Positions 26,768-31,279 of a stretch of 31,279 bases of DNA are shown here, in pieces. The stretch is from Planctomycetota bacterium (GTDB lineage: Bacteria; Planctomycetota; GCA-002687715; DRQF01): the NCBI GenBank assembly GCA_027001995.1, contig JALTLO010000079.1, positions 1 through 31,279 on the forward strand, read 5' to 3'. Numbering within the stretch: position 1 is the first letter of the stretch; every line of letters starts with the position of its first letter. Made by a program: the position numbers and the translations under genes. The notes under the pieces are model-generated. The model saw nothing but the letters and a program-made list of their open reading frames with translations, did no database searches and was not told where the DNA came from.

Positions 26768-28153
26768 CCAGTGTTCGCCGAGAGTATCAAGGTAAACTGC
26801 GGCCAGATGATCGGCAAAAATACAGCGCCAACGGCCTCCCGCGGCTTCAAGTTCAAATCCTTGCAACAGGCCAGGGCTCACCACAACAATCTCGAAATTC
26901 AGTTTCCGCCTGAGCCTTTCACGGGCTTTTGGTGAACCAAAATCGAGGAGTTCTTGGGCTTGCTTGTGACCCCATTCTGAGATGCGACCATCATGGGCAC
27001 TCTGGTTTCGTGGAGCCAACCTGCCGCCCAAGTAACCGCCCCAGGCAACGGGATGAAACAATCGCCCTTTGAGCCCCAAAGAATCGATGAAATCCGCAGC
27101 ATGAACTGGGTAGGCCGGTTCGTAGATGCCTGTCCAAGGGGAAGCTCCCAAATCTCGGGATTTTTGCCATGCTTGCCACCGATTTCTGAGAGGAAGTACC
27201 AACACCAAGATCAACGCCAGAACAAATCGGCTTTGATCAAGACGCCGGGAAGCAAAGAACCTGCCGTCGGGGGTCGTCGGGACAAAAAACATGTACGACA
27301 AGCGAAACGACCGCAACGCCATGAACAAAGAAAGAAGGCTCAAGCTCCGGCTCGTACGCCAAGGTTTCTGCAGAACAAACACCGCAAGAACCACCACCAG
27401 AAGCATCCACTCAAGTTGAAACTGGCTTCCTGGCAATTGCCACAGCGGTCGCCATTCTGGAACCAGATCCCCCGTCGTGACCGTGTGATAGACAAGTTTA
27501 GCGAGAGCAATTGGCCCTCGAGGTGTGAACAGAAGAGCAAGACAAGAGCCCATGGCCATGGTGAGAAAACGTCGTTCTCGGGAACCATGAGCAGCTATCA
27601 GCGCAAATGCTGGCATGATGATGGCACCGGGATGCATGTTGATCCAAATCAAGGTCAACAGCGAATAGGAAAGCCAACTTCGCTTGCTCTTCTTGCCCCA
27701 AAGAAGGGCCATCATCAGAATGAAGAATAAAATGGAAAAAACGTCAGGTCTGCCCCGCCAACGGTGAATCGATGCGGCGGCAAAAATTGCGGTGGAAAGG
27801 ACCGCCGCTGCCAAATGTTGACAACGCTGATAAGTCACGCGCAAGACCAAGGCATGGCAAAGTGCAGCAACACTGGCCACAGACCCAATAACACCGGTCA
27901 ACCCGAAAAGGCTGTGCAACCAAGCAAACAAAACCTGACCGCCCCATGCTCCCATATCAACCTCCCGGACACGGTCCAGATAGCTGATGGGGTCAGCCTC
28001 GAGCCATAATCCATGTTCGAGATAGGCACGCCCCATGGCAAGATGCCAATGAGCATCGATATCGGAAAGGGGTCGCATTGCGGTGAATGCACCCAGAAGG
28101 GCAAATCCAAAGGTCCACCACCCCAAGTTGGCTGTTTTGTTCTCTTGAGCCAC
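26738..28153 (-). CDS. Polytopic membrane protein, GT-C-like glycosyltransferase
   Basis: DIDAHWHLAMG in the first loop, RPDVFS, WINMH, PEW, YP..A and WGGYL..DGR. The 3' end overlaps the convergent MFS gene by 30 nt. Confidence 0.65.
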   Translation of the reverse strand: MAQENKTANLGWWTFGFALLGAFTAMRPLSDIDAHWHLAMGRAYLEHGLWLEADPISYLDRVREVDMGAWGGQVLFAWLHSLFGLTGVIGSVASVAALCHALVLRVTYQRCQHLAAAVLSTAIFAAASIHRWRGRPDVFSILFFILMMALLWGKKSKRSWLSYSLLTLIWINMHPGAIIMPAFALIAAHGSRERRFLTMAMGSCLALLFTPRGPIALAKLVYHTVTTGDLVPEWRPLWQLPGSQFQLEWMLLVVVLAVFVLQKPWRTSRSLSLLSLFMALRSFRLSYMFFVPTTPDGRFFASRRLDQSRFVLALILVLVLPLRNRWQAWQKSRDLGASPWTGIYEPAYPVHAADFIDSLGLKGRLFHPVAWGGYLGGRLAPRNQSAHDGRISEWGHKQAQELLDFGSPKARERLRRKLNFEIVVVSPGLLQGFELEAAGGRWRCIFADHLAAVYLDTLGEHWSTNRQLLGF

Positions 28154-28159
28154 GCAGAT

Positions 28160-29083
28160 TTATTCCAAGACGTCGACAGAATCGGCTTTCAAACGATAAA
28201 CACTGACCACCCAACCGTCTTCGACGACCTCACCGACTTCGAGAGTTCCCAAGACCAGGATCGGTTCGATTACGAGTTCAACACCGGGATCCGTGTCGGG
28301 CATGGTGACTTCTACGATCTGATGGATGTCTGGGGGCATGCCAAAACAACATGACCACTGTGATTCTACAACTGCGAAAATGTGGATGTCTTCGAATTCC
28401 CCCAGGGCCATCATATATCCCGCCAGTCCCACCTTCTGGCCATTCAATGCTTGAACGGAAGTGGGAAGCTTCATGCCTTCAACATAGCGAAAGCCCCCCA
28501 ACACGTCCCAACCAGCTTTGGCGTAGCCCTTGGGCACATCAAAATCAAAGTCCACCGTGAGTAGAGCCTTTTCGTGAGCTTGACCATCCCCAGCATTCTT
28601 CAAGGCCCGACGGATACTGCCAGACAACTTACCAGCAACTGACACCATTGCGGCTTCTTGCATAGGGGTCATAGTCCCACCGGTGGCCCCGGCATCTCGA
28701 GCCTTCTCGGATTCACGAAGGATTCGGTCAATAGTGGCCCGGGCCGCGTTGTTGAGGGTTGTGTCGTCCCCCAGCCCCTCGGCAGACATGGCCTGCAAAA
28801 GATCGGCTTCTAAGGCCTCGCGCTTATCAGAACCAACTTCTCCAGAAATCAAGCGGGTCAAGATGGTGTGAATAGACAAGGAAAGGGGGTCACTGATGGC
28901 TGGGACCCCAAGCTTTTCCAGCTCTTGAGCGCCATCGTCCAAGCCCCCGGGAGCCTCGAACTCTGACTCTTTCCCCTTAACCACAACGGGCTTATCTGGA
29001 TTCAGCGCCCCACGATTTTCGTTCGAGAACCAAATCGCCCAAGTGCCAAGGGCACACAGAAATATTGCAATGATGTATCTCAT
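28160..29083 (-). CDS. DUF3299 domain-containing exported protein
   Basis: N-terminal signal/TM; GWDVL, LNGQKVGLAGYM, CCFGMPP..QIV and PILVLGTL..YRL.A..V. Confidence 0.8.
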   Translation of the reverse strand: MRYIIAIFLCALGTWAIWFSNENRGALNPDKPVVVKGKESEFEAPGGLDDGAQELEKLGVPAISDPLSLSIHTILTRLISGEVGSDKREALEADLLQAMSAEGLGDDTTLNNAARATIDRILRESEKARDAGATGGTMTPMQEAAMVSVAGKLSGSIRRALKNAGDGQAHEKALLTVDFDFDVPKGYAKAGWDVLGGFRYVEGMKLPTSVQALNGQKVGLAGYMMALGEFEDIHIFAVVESQWSCCFGMPPDIHQIVEVTMPDTDPGVELVIEPILVLGTLEVGEVVEDGWVVSVYRLKADSVDVLE

Positions 29084-29177
29084 GAGATAATCAGCTTAAC
29101 ATGTGACGTAATTGGGGTCCTTAGATTATGATCCCGATTCGAGTTCCTTAGGTGCAACAAGAGAAAAAGACGCGGAC

Positions 29178-30449
29178 ATGAGCAACGACGAAATGACCAA
29201 AGAGCAGCCTGACATCATCTGGAAGGGTAGCACAGCCCTTTTGACCATCATCTTAGCACTGGCCCTCATTTCATGGGTAGGAGAGCGTCGAGCCCTCTTG
29301 TCAGGCTCGAAGGCCCACAATCACGCCGAGGAAGCAGCTTTGGCCCACGAAAAAGCTGAGCGGGAAAAACTAAGCCTCGCTGTGACAACCATCTCGAACG
29401 ATTTGGCCGCAACCCGGGCGGATCGCCAACAGCTTTCTCAGCAACTCAACGAGCTCAAGGCCAGGATCGGCCGGGTGGGCCAAGAAAAAGGCCTCCTCAA
29501 AGAGAGAATCGCCTCGGCTTCTGAGGATATGGGAGGTCTGAGAAGCGAGCTTCAAGAACTTCGCGGACAACTGGACGCGAGCGAAAGATTGGCTCGCTCC
29601 AGCAAGGCCGATCTCATCCGCATTGAAGAGCACCGCAACAGCCTACTAGCTGACAAAACAAACTTGCTGAGCCAGTTGACCCGGCAAGAGGCCGAAAACC
29701 AGAGGTTGAAAGCTCAATTAAAAAACCAAGAAAATGACGCCAAGCGCATGTTGGATGACATCGAGCTGAGGCAACGATTAGCACTTGAAGCCACAGAAAA
29801 GGCCAAGGCCCAAGAAGAACAAATTCATGAGCTTGCTCAAAAGAATCAGTTCTACCAGGCTCGTGTTGAAGAGCTTGAGGTTCAGCTCAAAAACGAAATC
29901 GAAACGTCAGAACGCCTCCGGGGTGTAGTGGATGCCAAGAGAAGCCAACTGGAGCAACAAATGCGTCAGCTTGCCATGGCTGGCTCCGACAGCGATACAC
30001 TCCAAGAAGTCGAAGAACAAAACAAGTCACTCAAGGCGCGCATCAAAGAATCCTCAGAACTCAACAAACGGCTTCGGACCACCATCAAATCGCTCGAAGG
30101 ACAACAGCGCGTCTCTCGTCGGCAGCTTCACGATGAAAAAGCTCAAAGTCGTGAGTTGCTCAGTGCCCTGAAAGAAGTCGAAAAAGACTTAGCCATAAGC
30201 CGCAGAGCTCTTAAGAAAACAAAAGCAACCTACGCCCAAAAAGAAAAGGCCAAGGTAGATCCTCTTTCTTCCCCAGACAGAACCCGTCACATCAAGATTC
30301 TCACAGCCAAACTGAAAAAGGCTAACTCCGAGATTCGACGATTGGACATTGATCGCAACGCACTCATCGAAGAGTTCAAACGTTCCAGCGACCGTATTCG
30401 ACGGCTCATGAAAGAAGTTGAAGCCCTGAAGGCAGCCAAGGCCAAGTAA
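29178..30449 (+). CDS. Membrane-anchored long coiled-coil protein
   Basis: Single N-terminal TM followed by continuous E/K/Q/L/R-rich heptads; no Walker motifs seen. Confidence 0.78.
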   Translation: MSNDEMTKEQPDIIWKGSTALLTIILALALISWVGERRALLSGSKAHNHAEEAALAHEKAEREKLSLAVTTISNDLAATRADRQQLSQQLNELKARIGRVGQEKGLLKERIASASEDMGGLRSELQELRGQLDASERLARSSKADLIRIEEHRNSLLADKTNLLSQLTRQEAENQRLKAQLKNQENDAKRMLDDIELRQRLALEATEKAKAQEEQIHELAQKNQFYQARVEELEVQLKNEIETSERLRGVVDAKRSQLEQQMRQLAMAGSDSDTLQEVEEQNKSLKARIKESSELNKRLRTTIKSLEGQQRVSRRQLHDEKAQSRELLSALKEVEKDLAISRRALKKTKATYAQKEKAKVDPLSSPDRTRHIKILTAKLKKANSEIRRLDIDRNALIEEFKRSSDRIRRLMKEVEALKAAKAK

Positions 30450-30502
30450 AGAGAAGTTCTCAACGGAGAGATCAAAGCAATACAAACCCGAGTCCGATTG
30501 GA

Positions 30503-31279
30503 CTAGGGTTTGTATTCCGTGACTGTGTCTGCTGACAAGCGGTAAACACCAATCACCCACCCTTCATCTTTCTCAACTTGAACGTGAAATGTTCCGTGAA
30601 CAATGATGGGTGTGGTCATGACCCAAATCCCCGGTTTCTTCGGATCCAAGTTAATCTTCGCTGTTTGTGTAACTTGGGGCGGCTCACCAAAACAACAAGT
30701 CCAGATCGACTCCACCAATAAGAACTCGTGAATATCTTCATTCTCACGCAGTGGATAGAGAAAGCCCACAATGGCCACTTTCTTGCCATCCAAATCTTGG
30801 ACCGCCTGAGGGAGAGGTTTTGATTCATCAAACTTAAAACCACCGATCTGATTCCAGGTGATGGGCGTATGCCCTGGTTTCACTGCCTTGGGGTCGATAG
30901 AGGTGATTCGTCGTTGCTTCCCGTTGTGCTTCTTGCCACTGGGATTGATGCTCTCTTCGAGATCAACCAAGTAGGTCTTGCCGAGGTTCTTCAACATGAC
31001 CTTGGCCACCTCGTCCAACTGGTCGATTGAAAAATTGGGGGGCCGAAAAGCTTCCATGTCCTCAACCATGCGCACGATGATGTCGCGCACCATGCCCTCA
31101 GGGCGCTCGGCCTGGGTGAGCCCCAAAGATTCCAGATTGTCCAACACTTTCTTGGTGGCAACTTTGACATCGAAGTTCTTGTTTCCATTCACCATCAACT
31201 CAGTCACAGAGTCAACAAAGAAACGCTCCAAAGACCCAACCGCTGGGAGTTTTAGAGGTGCTGGCTTTGCAAGAGATTT
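30503..31279 (-). CDS. Second DUF3299 domain protein; 5'-truncated by window
   Basis: Frame open to the window end. ITWNQI, LDGKKVAIVGFLYP, CCFGEPP and PIIVHGTF..GVYRLSAD. Confidence 0.8.
   Translation of the reverse strand, partial: KSLAKPAPLKLPAVGSLERFFVDSVTELMVNGNKNFDVKVATKKVLDNLESLGLTQAERPEGMVRDIIVRMVEDMEAFRPPNFSIDQLDEVAKVMLKNLGKTYLVDLEESINPSGKKHNGKQRRITSIDPKAVKPGHTPITWNQIGGFKFDESKPLPQAVQDLDGKKVAIVGFLYPLRENEDIHEFLLVESIWTCCFGEPPQVTQTAKINLDPKKPGIWVMTTPIIVHGTFHVQVEKDEGWVIGVYRLSADTVTEYKP

Noticed and set aside
15618..27730. Long antisense ORFs (15618-16373, 19389-19943, 26993-27730)
   Set aside because: Shadow frames of well-supported genes, with no recognisable motifs.
29178..30449. SMC/Wadjet-type ATPase
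   Set aside because: No Walker A/B or hinge seen; TM-anchored coiled coil only.
1..31279. CRISPR arrays, tRNA/rRNA, IS or integrase genes
   Set aside because: No periodic repeats, structural RNA signatures or recombinase motifs seen by eye; intergenic gaps are short.

Overview
Gene-dense bacterial chromosomal segment, most likely Planctomycetota (inferred from a planctomycete-style Ser/Thr-kinase/WD40 gene, DUF1570-like and DUF3299 proteins and several Tat substrates). It holds about 22 CDS, two cut by the window edges. I see no rRNA, tRNA, CRISPR or mobile element. Main elements: (1) oxyR divergent from an atypical di-haem cytochrome c peroxidase-family gene, with a near-consensus OxyR operator between them. 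(2) A candidate undescribed envelope-lipid modification module at 8015-11949: a YghQ-like Wzx flippase, two YghR/S/T-like thymidylate-kinase-fold proteins and an LmtA-like lipid-phosphate O-methyltransferase translationally coupled to yghT. (3) An operon of a Tat-signal threonine-aldolase-like enzyme, a degenerate amidohydrolase/S9 peptidase fusion and a dCMP deaminase. (4) A ChaN / degenerate alpha-beta hydrolase / CbiX-like three-domain protein. (5) Two DUF3299 paralogues flanking a coiled-coil gene. All family calls come from motif recognition and memory, not database searches.
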